DNA of 17,812 nucleotides from Candidatus Asbonarchaeum danakilense (GTDB lineage Archaea > Nanohalarchaeota > Nanosalinia > Nanosalinales > Nanoanaerosalinaceae), in assembly GCA_034190465.1 (NCBI GenBank), contig JAXINV010000064.1:6440-24251 (forward strand), given 5' to 3'. Positions 1 to 7,575 of the stretch are shown in pieces; position 1 is the first letter of the stretch, and every line of letters begins with the position of its first letter. Both the position numbers and the translations under genes were made by a program. Below the pieces are notes generated by a model. That model made no database searches. It saw only the letters and a program-made list of their open reading frames with translations, and was not told where the DNA came from.

Positions 1-1
1 A

Positions 2-137
2 CGCCCGGGGCAGGATTTGAACCTGCGAGGGCTCGCGCCCACCGGTTGTCTTGCAATAGATGGTCCACGGTCGTTCCCGCTTGGGGTAGCCGCTTGGCTC
101 AAGACCGGCGCGATGGACCAGACTCCGCCACCCGGGC
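2..137 (-). tRNA. tRNA-Ser (anticodon UGA) with a 50-nt intron at canonical position 37/38
   Basis: Minus strand: acceptor GCCCGGG/CCCGGGC with G73 discriminator (pos 2); anticodon stem CCGGT/ACCGG with loop CT-TGA-G^A; long variable arm; T-arm GCAGG-TTCAAAT-CCTGC. No encoded CCA. Confidence 0.95.
48..97 (-). other. tRNA intron (50 nt) with a strict bulge-helix-bulge splice motif
   Basis: CTTG pairs with CAAG (4-bp helix), with 3-nt bulges AG^C and AC^A, flanked by the anticodon stem and a CAA/TTG helix. Confidence 0.92.
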
Positions 138-242
138 ATACTGCTTGTGGGTTCCGGGTGCGCGGCTCTGAAAACTCCGTACGGAGTTTTCTTCGTTCGA
201 GCGAAATCCCGTAGGGATTTCATCGAGCTCCGCCACCCGGGC
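123..242. repeat. 15-bp direct repeat of the tRNA 5' end (CTCCGCCACCCGGGC)
   Basis: Identical at 123-137 and 228-242; a partial third copy GCCACCCGTGC at 320-330. Confidence 0.9.
154..242. repeat. Palindromic three-way-junction element, unit 1
   Basis: Closing stem CCGGGTG-GCGG-CTC / GAG-CCGC-CACCCGG encloses the perfect palindrome GAAAACTCCGTACGGAGTTTTC (170-191) and the hairpin GAAATCCC-GTA-GGGATTTC (203-221). Confidence 0.85.
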
Positions 243-253
243 GGTATTTGTGT

Positions 254-346
254 GATGCAGGTGGCTCCGTCGCAACCTGATGGTTGCTCACGGGTGAACC
301 GCAAGGGTTCACCGTGTCAGCCACCCGTGCATCGGGCTGTACAGCC
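254..346. repeat. Palindromic three-way-junction element, unit 2, plus a short flanking palindrome
   Basis: GATGCA-GGTGGCT (254-266) pairs with AGCCACC-cg-TGCATC (319-333). It encloses GCAACC-TGAT-GGTTGC (272-287) and GGTGAACC-GCAAG-GGTTCACC (293-313). GGCTGTACAGCC palindrome at 335-346. Confidence 0.8.
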
Positions 347-369
347 TACACGAACACGTGCTGAGACAC

Positions 370-377
370 TTTTATAA
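370..377. promoter_or_regulatory. Archaeal TATA box, possibly bidirectional (lipoprotein gene and tRNA precursor)
   Basis: TTTTATAA is the only strong TATA-like run between the divergent tRNA and lipoprotein genes. Confidence 0.55.
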
Positions 378-415
378 CGTTGGGAAGGCATCGTCTCCTA
401 TAGAGTGTGAACGAT

Positions 416-1060
416 ATGGGGCGTGGACGATACGTTATCGTGCTTGTAGCGGCTGTCCTCCTTGCAGGCTGTACTGCTCCAGAGACTCGAAAGCCTGATC
501 TGGAGGATCTACCGCGTGCTGATACGGATGTGAAACAAGAGCTGATTGAAGCATTCAATATAACACAAATTGGCGTTAACACGACTGATATCGGCACACA
601 GACCGATACACCGTACCGGAGGGTGATCAGCAAGCACGTCAAAGCGTCTGAGAAGAGCATCGATGCCGTCATGATGCAGCGGAGAGGAATCGTAGAATCA
701 TGGAGTAATGTCCTAACGATAAACAATTCGAACGGCACATCGGACAAGCCTGTTCCCGTTCTTATCATCTCAACAGTGCGGCTGTACCTCGATCCGAAAG
801 ATGCTGCAGCCCGTTACAATTCCATCAGGCGGCAAGCGAGACAGAACGGCGGTAATGTTTCATCAATAATGGTCAACGGGACGAATGTTACCCGTATCCG
901 TATCCAGGCATCGAAAGGCCAGAACAATGTGATGTTCCTGGCGAATCAGAAGAACCTTCTCTACTACGCCTCCGCTGTCGATGAAGACAGGATGTTTGTC
1001 GATTTTGCACGACGGCTATTCGAGCTGATGTTGGAACCTGCCGTGAACCAGCGAGGATAG
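416..1060 (+). CDS. Putative surface lipoprotein of unknown function
   Basis: Basic N-terminus MGRGR, hydrophobic stretch and lipobox LLAGC; 7 N-x-S/T sequons. ATG at 416 preferred over GTG at 407. Confidence 0.8.
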   Translation: MGRGRYVIVLVAAVLLAGCTAPETRKPDLEDLPRADTDVKQELIEAFNITQIGVNTTDIGTQTDTPYRRVISKHVKASEKSIDAVMMQRRGIVESWSNVLTINNSNGTSDKPVPVLIISTVRLYLDPKDAAARYNSIRRQARQNGGNVSSIMVNGTNVTRIRIQASKGQNNVMFLANQKNLLYYASAVDEDRMFVDFARRLFELMLEPAVNQRG

Positions 1061-1067
1061 TGCTGCA

Positions 1068-1484
1068 TCAACTGTTGTAATCGTCGATGATCTGCTCGTG
1101 GTCGAACCCGAGCTCGTCCGGCAACTCGTCCAGCGCGAACCACCGGACCTCCTTGGCATCCGTCTCCGCGTCCAGCTCACCGCCGACGGGATGCGCCTGG
1201 TAGACGACTGAGATCACAGGGCCGCGAGGATCCCTTCCCGGTGTGTCGTACACGCCGTGGACCTCGTCAAGCTCCACGTCCAGCCCGGTCTCCTCCTTCG
1301 CCTCCCGGACCGCCGCTTCGCTGACCTGCTCGCCGCCCTCGACGTGGCCGCCGGGCAGGCACCACTGGTCCTCGAACGGCTCGAACTTCCGCTTAATCAG
1401 CACGATCTCCCCCTCCTGTTCGATGATCAGGTCGGCGGCGACCCGGTGCAGGTCCCTGTCCGTCACGGAGCGGTACTCGACCAT
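1068..1484 (-). CDS. NUDIX hydrolase (ADP-ribose pyrophosphatase/MutT-like)
   Basis: Nudix box GGHVEGGEQVSEAAVREAKEETGL, plus RDPRG and FDH motifs. ATG at 1484 avoids overlap with cbf5. Confidence 0.93.
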   Translation of the reverse strand: MVEYRSVTDRDLHRVAADLIIEQEGEIVLIKRKFEPFEDQWCLPGGHVEGGEQVSEAAVREAKEETGLDVELDEVHGVYDTPGRDPRGPVISVVYQAHPVGGELDAETDAKEVRWFALDELPDELGFDHEQIIDDYNS

Positions 1485-1528
1485 GGCCCTGTATTGTCCC
1501 GCCCGGTTTATGTGTCTTTGAGAACCAG

Positions 1529-2506
1529 CTACTTCCACGCCTTCGGGTACAGGTCCTTCTGCATGAACACGCGGCGCAGGTCGGCCGCCGTCACGCTCTG
1601 CTCCTGCATCGCCTCTGAGTCCATCGTGGCGTCGGCCAGCGCGATCAGCTCGCCTTTCAGTGTCAGCAGTGCGACCATCTCACCGGGCTCGATACCGTCC
1701 TGGAGCTGGCTGATGCCCTGTGCACCCAGGTCCGCGCCGTGGCAGATGGAGGCGACCGCTGAGTCCTTGACCAGCACCTTCTTCAGGTGCCTGACCCCGG
1801 CCTCGACCGGGAGCACCATCGATGCGAGGTCGCTGTCCTCGCCCTCCTTCCAGAACTCGTACTCGTCCTTCAGGTCCTGTAAGGTGTTGAGCTGGGCTTC
1901 GTCGAACACGCCGACCTGGGTCCGGCGGAGGTCTTCCATCTCCCCGGTCGTTCCGAGTTCCTCTGCGAAGTTCTGACAGAAGTTGCGGACGTAGAAGCCT
2001 TTCTCGCATTCGATGCGGAACAGGACCTGGCCGCCGTCGACCTCCAGGATCTCAAGGTCGTAGATCTCGCGTTCCCGTGGCTCCCGCTTGACCGCTGACT
2101 TCTCCGGCGGTGTCTGTGTCCGTACGCCGACAGCATCCTCGGCGGCCGCGGCGATCTCCGTCCGTGCGACCTCGTCCTCCAGCTCCATGCTGCCGATGTA
2201 GACCTTGCCGGCCTCTGTCAGCGCCTGGAGGACCTTGGTGCCGCGGTTGAGACCGATCGGTAGCACGCCGGTGACCTGCGGGTCAAGGGTGCCGGAGTGC
2301 CCGGTCTTCTCCCGGCCGAGCACTTCACGGGTCCACATTGAGACCTGGTGGCTGGTCGGACCGGTGGGCTTGTCGACGAGGACGATGCCGTTGTCCAGCA
2401 GGTCGTCCATGCTGCGCTGCTCGGGTCGTTCACCGTGGTCCCAGTCTGTCTCGGCTTCCTCACGGATCAGCCAGTCCCGATCCTGGTTGTGTTCTGCGGG
2501 CAGCAT
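1529..2506 (-). CDS. truB: H/ACA RNA-guided pseudouridine synthase Cbf5 (TruB family, PUA domain)
   Basis: DKPTGPTSHQV, catalytic GHSGTLDP, LRRT motif, C-terminal PUA domain, ends YPKAWK. Confidence 0.97.
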   Translation of the reverse strand: MLPAEHNQDRDWLIREEAETDWDHGERPEQRSMDDLLDNGIVLVDKPTGPTSHQVSMWTREVLGREKTGHSGTLDPQVTGVLPIGLNRGTKVLQALTEAGKVYIGSMELEDEVARTEIAAAAEDAVGVRTQTPPEKSAVKREPREREIYDLEILEVDGGQVLFRIECEKGFYVRNFCQNFAEELGTTGEMEDLRRTQVGVFDEAQLNTLQDLKDEYEFWKEGEDSDLASMVLPVEAGVRHLKKVLVKDSAVASICHGADLGAQGISQLQDGIEPGEMVALLTLKGELIALADATMDSEAMQEQSVTAADLRRVFMQKDLYPKAWK

Positions 2507-2532
2507 GGCTGTAGAAGAGGGAGGGTCAACTG

Positions 2533-2539
2533 TTTTAAA
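2533..2539 (-). promoter_or_regulatory. TATA box for cbf5
   Basis: TTTAAAA begins 33 nt upstream of the cbf5 ATG, in the intergenic gap. Confidence 0.65.
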
Positions 2540-2551
2540 TCACATAGCAGG

Positions 2552-3313
2552 CTACTGCAGCCCCAGCATCTTGCGGAAGATGAAGGTGAACGGTAGCTGG
2601 AAGATGATGTAGAAGCCCAACCATTCCAGCGAGTCGCCGGCGAGCGGCAGGCTGAACGGGAGGTGGAGGAAGCTGAGTGACAGCTTGACGGCCGCCTCGC
2701 TGTCCTGGACCTGGATGTTCTGTACCTGCCAGGACATGCCACGTATCTTCATCATATTTCCTTCGCGATATGTCTCGTTCCCGTGCTGGAGGATATAGGT
2801 GTCATTGTTCTGTGCGGTCGCCTGGAGCTCGCCAAGGTTGTACTGTCCGTCGAGGAACGTCAGGTTCCCGGTGTAGCCGTCACCCTGCTGGGCGGGCTGG
2901 AGCGTGGTGACTGGGACGAAGGTGTGGAGCACCCACGGCATGAACAGGAAGAACAGCAGCATCGAGCCGAGGATGGGTTTGAGCGAGACCTTCATGAAGT
3001 CTTTCTGCAGCTTCATGTTCTCGCTGATGTACTTGTTGACCTTGTCCATCTCGTCGTTCTCCTTTGCCTCCTTGATCTTGTCCTGGTATTTCTGCTGTTT
3101 CTGCTTGATCCTGTCGTACTTCTCCTTGTCGATCATGATGTAGTAGACGACCGAGACCAGGGCGGCGAGGAGGATGGAGAGTGCTCCCAGTGCCAGCTGT
3201 GGTGCGATTGAGAGATCGAACAGTGCGAAGAACGGGCCGAACACCAGATCGAACAGCGGGAACGTTGGTGCGAGGAGCGGGATGATCGCGTCGTAGAGGA
3301 ATCCGTATGTCAT
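2552..3313 (-). CDS. DUF106 / EMC3-TMCO1 (Oxa1 superfamily) membrane protein
   Basis: TM helix, then a coiled coil (DKEKYDRIKQKQQKY...), further TM segments and a C-terminal WLGFYI..RKMLG. Located in the secY-cbf5 block. Confidence 0.88.
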   Translation of the reverse strand: MTYGFLYDAIIPLLAPTFPLFDLVFGPFFALFDLSIAPQLALGALSILLAALVSVVYYIMIDKEKYDRIKQKQQKYQDKIKEAKENDEMDKVNKYISENMKLQKDFMKVSLKPILGSMLLFFLFMPWVLHTFVPVTTLQPAQQGDGYTGNLTFLDGQYNLGELQATAQNNDTYILQHGNETYREGNMMKIRGMSWQVQNIQVQDSEAAVKLSLSFLHLPFSLPLAGDSLEWLGFYIIFQLPFTFIFRKMLGLQ

Positions 3314-3316
3314 AGT

Positions 3317-4756
3317 TTAGCCCATGTTCTGCATGAAGTTCCTGAGGGAGGGATGCATCTCCTCCATGTGTTTCTTGACGACCTCCTCGTAGAACTGGAA
3401 GGAGATCATCACAACAAGCAGGATACCCGTCCCGGTACCGAACGAATTGGTGAAGTTGGCGACCGCGGCAACCAGCCCGATGAACGCTCCGCCGAGCACC
3501 GCCAGCGCGGGGATGTACCTGTTCAGAATCTTGACGATGACGCGCTTGTCCTTCCTGAAGCCCGGCACCTTCATCCCGATATCCATGATCTGGTCAGCGA
3601 CCGCGGTCGGGTCCTGGTTCGACGTCTTCATCCAGAACAGCGAGAAGATCGCCGACGCGATGACGTAGAACAGTGTGTAGGTCAGCGCCTGGAGCAGCAT
3701 CGTCGGCGGGATCTGGAGCTGCATCCCGGCGATCGACTGCCAGAGCAGCGTCGGAAGGTTCGACGGAGCGGTGAAGTAGTAGATCAATGTGTTCGCGGCC
3801 GGGGCGCTGTTCGGCGAGTACTGGCCGACCAGGTAGAACGCCTCCTCCATCCATGGCAGGTTGAGTGACAGCTCAATGCCGCGTCGAGCCATCACTGAGC
3901 TCCACAGCCTGAAGTTGGAGGCGATCGCGGACACGAAGATGACAGGGATGACGTTGGTGTACAGGAACTTGAGCGGCCACTTCCGGCCGAACCCGCGGAC
4001 GTTGCCGAAGGTGAGGGGGATCTCCACCCGCATCGACTGGGCGTAAACCCCCACCAGGAACACGACGACGGTGAAGAACAGTCCTGTGATCGTTGCCGGG
4101 GCAAAATGACCGGTCATGAACTGGAGCAGCGCACCTGCCGGGGCGCCTCCGGCTTCAGGACTGAAGAAGAGGACGCCGCCACGTGTGAACGGTGACATAA
4201 GACGGATCATGATCGTCTTCGAGACCCCTCCGAGGATAAACAGGGAGACGCCGGAGTGGAAGCCCCATTTGGACACGATCTCGTCCATGAGGATGATGAA
4301 CCATGCGCCGATCGTCAGCTGCGCGACGACCAGCGGGAACAACGAGGCGCTTGCCGGTTTGACGGCCCCCATGGCAACGAAGGCGAGTGCTTCGAACAGG
4401 CCGAAGGCGTAGGCAAGCAGTTTCTGCGTGCTCTGGAACTTCTGCTTGCCGGGCCCGGAGTTCAGGTCCCAGGGGATGATTTCCGCCCCGACCAGCAGCT
4501 GGAGGATGATCGAGGAGGATACGATAGGACCGATGCCCAGTGTGACCAGCGTGCCGATGCTGGCGCCCAGAATGGTTGAGAACGTCTTGAACTGCTGGAG
4601 CTGCGCAGAAGAAGCCCCGATAACGTAGATCTCGCTCATGACGAAGTAGAGAACGAGGATGAGCCCGGTCCATGTCAGCTTCTCTCTGAAGCCGACGTTA
4701 CGGTTCGGCTTCCTGATCGACGGCAGGAACTGTGCCAGTGTGAGTAGTAGTGACAT
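3317..4756 (-). CDS. secY: Preprotein translocase subunit SecY (Sec61alpha)
   Basis: LGIGPIVSSSIILQLL, SGVSLFI, PLKFLYTNVIP, GTGILL motifs; about 10 TM helices; follows uL15. Confidence 0.98.
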   Translation of the reverse strand: MSLLLTLAQFLPSIRKPNRNVGFREKLTWTGLILVLYFVMSEIYVIGASSAQLQQFKTFSTILGASIGTLVTLGIGPIVSSSIILQLLVGAEIIPWDLNSGPGKQKFQSTQKLLAYAFGLFEALAFVAMGAVKPASASLFPLVVAQLTIGAWFIILMDEIVSKWGFHSGVSLFILGGVSKTIMIRLMSPFTRGGVLFFSPEAGGAPAGALLQFMTGHFAPATITGLFFTVVVFLVGVYAQSMRVEIPLTFGNVRGFGRKWPLKFLYTNVIPVIFVSAIASNFRLWSSVMARRGIELSLNLPWMEEAFYLVGQYSPNSAPAANTLIYYFTAPSNLPTLLWQSIAGMQLQIPPTMLLQALTYTLFYVIASAIFSLFWMKTSNQDPTAVADQIMDIGMKVPGFRKDKRVIVKILNRYIPALAVLGGAFIGLVAAVANFTNSFGTGTGILLVVMISFQFYEEVVKKHMEEMHPSLRNFMQNMG

Positions 4757-4787
4757 CTTCCTCTACGTTCTCCCCGCGCGGGGCTCC

Positions 4788-5228
4788 TTATTCGTCTTCG
4801 AGTTCGATCGCCTCGTTACCGTTGTCGGCGATTTTGTCCTCTGCGCTGGATGAAAACTTGGCTGCCTTGATGTCGATGTCCTTTGTCAGCTTCCCACCGC
4901 CGAGGACCTTGTCGTAACCTGCCTCGTCAGCATCGAATACATAGCTGTCGCCGTCCTTCTCGGCGACCCCTGCTTCGACGAACTGGTCGATACGCTGATC
5001 GATGTCCTTGAGATTGATACCGTTCTGCTCGTTCTGCACGCTGTCCGGCCGCTGGAACCCTTTCTCACCGAGGTACTTGCCGCCTTCCTGAGCGGTCCGC
5101 TTCTTGTGCTTTGCCTTCTTCCCCATGCCGGCCTTACCGCGTCCACCGCGGCTGCCTGCGCCCCTGTTCTTCTTCGAGGAGCCGTGGCCGTGGGTTCCGC
5201 TGCCGCGCTTCTTTTTCTTCTTGCTCAT
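4788..5228 (-). CDS. rpl15: 50S ribosomal protein uL15
   Basis: RGSGTHGHG..KNRGAGSRGGRGKAG, KVLGGG, FSSSAEDKI. Alternative GTG start at 5237. Confidence 0.96.
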   Translation of the reverse strand: MSKKKKKRGSGTHGHGSSKKNRGAGSRGGRGKAGMGKKAKHKKRTAQEGGKYLGEKGFQRPDSVQNEQNGINLKDIDQRIDQFVEAGVAEKDGDSYVFDADEAGYDKVLGGGKLTKDIDIKAAKFSSSAEDKIADNGNEAIELEDE

Positions 5229-5233
5229 GTGTA

Positions 5234-5692
5234 TCACTTCATGCGTGCGAGGAGATCCTGGATCGCGTCACCGCGGTCGCCCAGTGAACCTCCCTGGCTG
5301 TAATGCCGCCTCGTGTCGTTATACCCCTTACTTGGCGGGGTGAGACGGACGACGTTCCGGAAACCGCCCTGTTTGAGGTCGGAAAGTGTGACAGCGCCGT
5401 CGTCAAGTGCCTGGACCAGTTCCTCGACGCTTTCATAGCCGAGTTCGTCGAGACTGTCGGCGAGCGATCCGTGTCGTGTTTCGCCGTGTTCCTCCAGCAG
5501 CTCGGCTGCGAACGATGCATCAACCTGGCCGAAAGTGATGTAGTCCTTCGCCGCGGTCAACATACCCCGGTAGTTGTCGTCCTCAGGGAGGAGCGCGACA
5601 TGGTTCTGCGCTGTCAGCCCGAGCCGTTCCAGGGTCTCCCGGGCGTTCTTCCTGGTGTCGGGTTCGCCTCTGATGCGGATCGCTGCGTACAT
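5234..5692 (-). CDS. rpl30: 50S ribosomal protein uL30 (archaeal long form)
   Basis: MYAAIRIRG, KDYITFG, RLTPPSKG, GGSLGDRG..LLARM. Confidence 0.96.
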   Translation of the reverse strand: MYAAIRIRGEPDTRKNARETLERLGLTAQNHVALLPEDDNYRGMLTAAKDYITFGQVDASFAAELLEEHGETRHGSLADSLDELGYESVEELVQALDDGAVTLSDLKQGGFRNVVRLTPPSKGYNDTRRHYSQGGSLGDRGDAIQDLLARMK

Positions 5693-5695
5693 CTG

Positions 5696-6403
5696 TTACA
5701 CCTTGCCGACGACGAGGCCGGTCTTTTCCTTGATAGAGTCGGTCGTTTTGATCTCGTTCATGTTCTGGAAGGCGTTGAACGTTGCCTTCAACAGGTTCTC
5801 CCGCGTCCTCGTGGTGCCGCGGGATTTGATCCAGAGGTCTTGGATACCAGCGAGGCGCAGCAACTTCTTGACATCATCGGACGCTGCCAGGCCGGTCCCC
5901 TTCGGTGCGGGCTGAAGTTCCACCTCGACGGAGCCTGATTTACCGTCTTGCTTGAACGGGATGGTCGTGGGCTCGGTACCCCGGTCCTCCCAAGAGCCGT
6001 TGCCACGCCGGATCTCTATCATGTTGAGCTTGGCGTTGTCACGGGCCTTGTCGATGGCTTCACGTGTATCATCTGCGTAACCTTCGCCAAGACCGATCAG
6101 GCCGTTACCGTTCCCGATGACGACCATGGCCTTGGTCTTGAAACGACGACCGGATTTGTGCATCCGTACGGTACGCTTGGAGACGATACGTCGTTTGCCC
6201 CCGCCTTTTCCGGGTGTGCCGCCGATGAGGATGACCTCATCGTCCAGGTTGGGGACGAGATGATCGACGATTTCTGGCTCCCTGAGCTTCTTCTCATGGT
6301 TGAGCGCGTCGTGGATATCTGTTATCTTGCCCTGCTTCACCAGCCGACCGAGTTCGGTCGATGGCCGCCATACCTCTTCCTGTTCGTCGTCATCCGCCAT
6401 CAT
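5696..6403 (-). CDS. rps5: 30S ribosomal protein uS5
   Basis: WRPSTELGRLVK, TVRMHKSGRR, PAPKGTGL, LAGIQDLW. Confidence 0.97.
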   Translation of the reverse strand: MMADDDEQEEVWRPSTELGRLVKQGKITDIHDALNHEKKLREPEIVDHLVPNLDDEVILIGGTPGKGGGKRRIVSKRTVRMHKSGRRFKTKAMVVIGNGNGLIGLGEGYADDTREAIDKARDNAKLNMIEIRRGNGSWEDRGTEPTTIPFKQDGKSGSVEVELQPAPKGTGLAASDDVKKLLRLAGIQDLWIKSRGTTRTRENLLKATFNAFQNMNEIKTTDSIKEKTGLVVGKV

Positions 6404-6912
6404 GCTTCACCTATCTTGTCCTTGACCTCTTCGAAGTTTGCTGCAACGTCTGTATCTCTATACTCGTCGATGTGCTCGCCTCTGATACGTCGATCCGGGG
6501 GGAAGATGTCCTCGTCGGCGTTGACGGCAAGCCCTGCGTCGATGAGGCCCTTGACCGCGGCGTAGATCCGTGTGCCGTGCTGATGGTTCTGCAGGCCGAT
6601 ATCGACGACGGCCTCCTCGATCCCTTCTTCCAGGGCACGTGTCCCGGCAAGGTAGCCTGTCAGGTATGCTGCGGGAAGGTTGCCGGTGTGGTGCTCCCAG
6701 CCGTACTCTTCGAGCTGCTTGGAAAACGCGCTGGTGATCGTATCGTCACCTTCCTGCTCGTAGCTGACGAGCTGCACCCGGGCATGGCTGTTACTCCGCC
6801 GGACGACGGCACGCGGCTTCCCGGACTTGAGCATATCAAGCCGCTCTTTGTAGTCTGTCTTCTGCTCACGTCGCCGTCGGTGTGGTACTGTGTAGTCTGG
6901 ACCGTCTGCCAT
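6400..6912 (-). CDS. rpl18: 50S ribosomal protein uL18
   Basis: RRRREQKTDY, GNLPAAYLTG, VKGLIDAGL, RIRGEHI. Confidence 0.97.
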   Translation of the reverse strand: MADGPDYTVPHRRRREQKTDYKERLDMLKSGKPRAVVRRSNSHARVQLVSYEQEGDDTITSAFSKQLEEYGWEHHTGNLPAAYLTGYLAGTRALEEGIEEAVVDIGLQNHQHGTRIYAAVKGLIDAGLAVNADEDIFPPDRRIRGEHIDEYRDTDVAANFEEVKDKIGEA

Positions 6913-6913
6913 A

Positions 6914-7360
6914 TCACTCGCCTCTGATGTTCTTGTCGATGTAGATATTCATGTGTTTCTTGTTCCGGAAGAACCCGCCTTTCGCCATGTTGTACAGCTT
7001 GCGGTACTCGGAGCTGTCGAGTTCGTCCTCGTCCCGCATACGCTTGAGTTCTTTCCGGAGGGCGCGGATGTTCTCCATCCATTCTTCTTTCTCCGACTTG
7101 CGGCCGCCCTTGCTTCCTTGCTTGCTTCCTGCACCCTTGTGGCGGCCTTTCTTCTTCTGCTTATCGCGTTCACGTGCACGGCCTCTGCTGGTGCCGTCCT
7201 TGTCCTTCTTCTGGATGACGCCTGATTCGATCAGGTTCCTGATGTCTTGCTTGGTGATGGCGTCGTGGACCTCATCGGTCCTGTCTGGGTCGATCCAGAC
7301 CCTGCTCTTCCCGACATCAAGGACGTCGGCCGCCATCTTTTTCTGTGATCGCAGGTTCAT
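6914..7360 (-). CDS. rpl19e: 50S ribosomal protein eL19
   Basis: QKKMAADVL.VGKSRVWIDP, AITKQDIR, YRKLYNMAKGG. Confidence 0.97.
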   Translation of the reverse strand: MNLRSQKKMAADVLDVGKSRVWIDPDRTDEVHDAITKQDIRNLIESGVIQKKDKDGTSRGRARERDKQKKKGRHKGAGSKQGSKGGRKSEKEEWMENIRALRKELKRMRDEDELDSSEYRKLYNMAKGGFFRNKKHMNIYIDKNIRGE

Positions 7361-7384
7361 CGTGCATCTCCTTGCTTGAGCATC

Positions 7385-7393
7385 TTTTTTAAA
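7385..7393 (-). promoter_or_regulatory. Internal TATA box for rpl19e
   Basis: TTTAAAAAA begins 33 nt upstream of the rpl19e ATG. Confidence 0.65.
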
Positions 7394-7398
7394 CCTGT

Positions 7399-7575
7399 TC
7401 AGTTGTTACGGAATTCGACGTCGTCGCCCTGCTGGAGGATGATGTACCGGTTGAACACTGCGTCGCAGCTCGGGCAGACGAGTCCGTCTTCTTGCTCCTC
7501 GTTGACACCAAAGCTGCCACAGTTCGGACATTTGTCGTCGTCCGTACGGAAAAATGAGCTCCCTACCATGTTCAT
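7399..7575 (-). CDS. Small CPxC zinc-ribbon protein (58 aa), absent from the ORF track
   Basis: MNMVGSSFFRTDDDKCPNCGSFGVNEEQEDGLVCPSCDAVFNRYIILQQGDDVEFRNN*. ATGA overlap with the rpl32e stop, GGAGG upstream, fills the whole gap. Alternative start at 7569. Confidence 0.85.
   Translation of the reverse strand: MNMVGSSFFRTDDDKCPNCGSFGVNEEQEDGLVCPSCDAVFNRYIILQQGDDVEFRNN

Noticed and set aside
61..120. Intron segment TGGACCA complementary to the tRNA's own D-loop, as a possible guide RNA
   Set aside because: Only 7-8 bp, plausible by chance, and no C/D boxes in the intron.
123..242. attL/attR of an integrated virus or plasmid
   Set aside because: Only 90 bp lie between the repeats and there is no integrase in the window.
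127..330. CRISPR array
   Set aside because: Repeats are only 11-15 bp, spacers are long and self-complementary, and no cas genes are present.
154..333. Additional functional or split tRNA genes
   Set aside because: No T-loop (TTCRA), no 7-nt anticodon loop and no BHB junction could be identified, and the adjacent tRNA is already complete.
17..768. ORFs 17..214, 147..377 and 346..768
   Set aside because: They overlap the tRNA and palindromes or are antisense to the lipoprotein, with no recognisable motifs.
1529..2506. BHB intron in cbf5, as in some Crenarchaeota
   Set aside because: The reading frame is continuous through GHSGTLDP.
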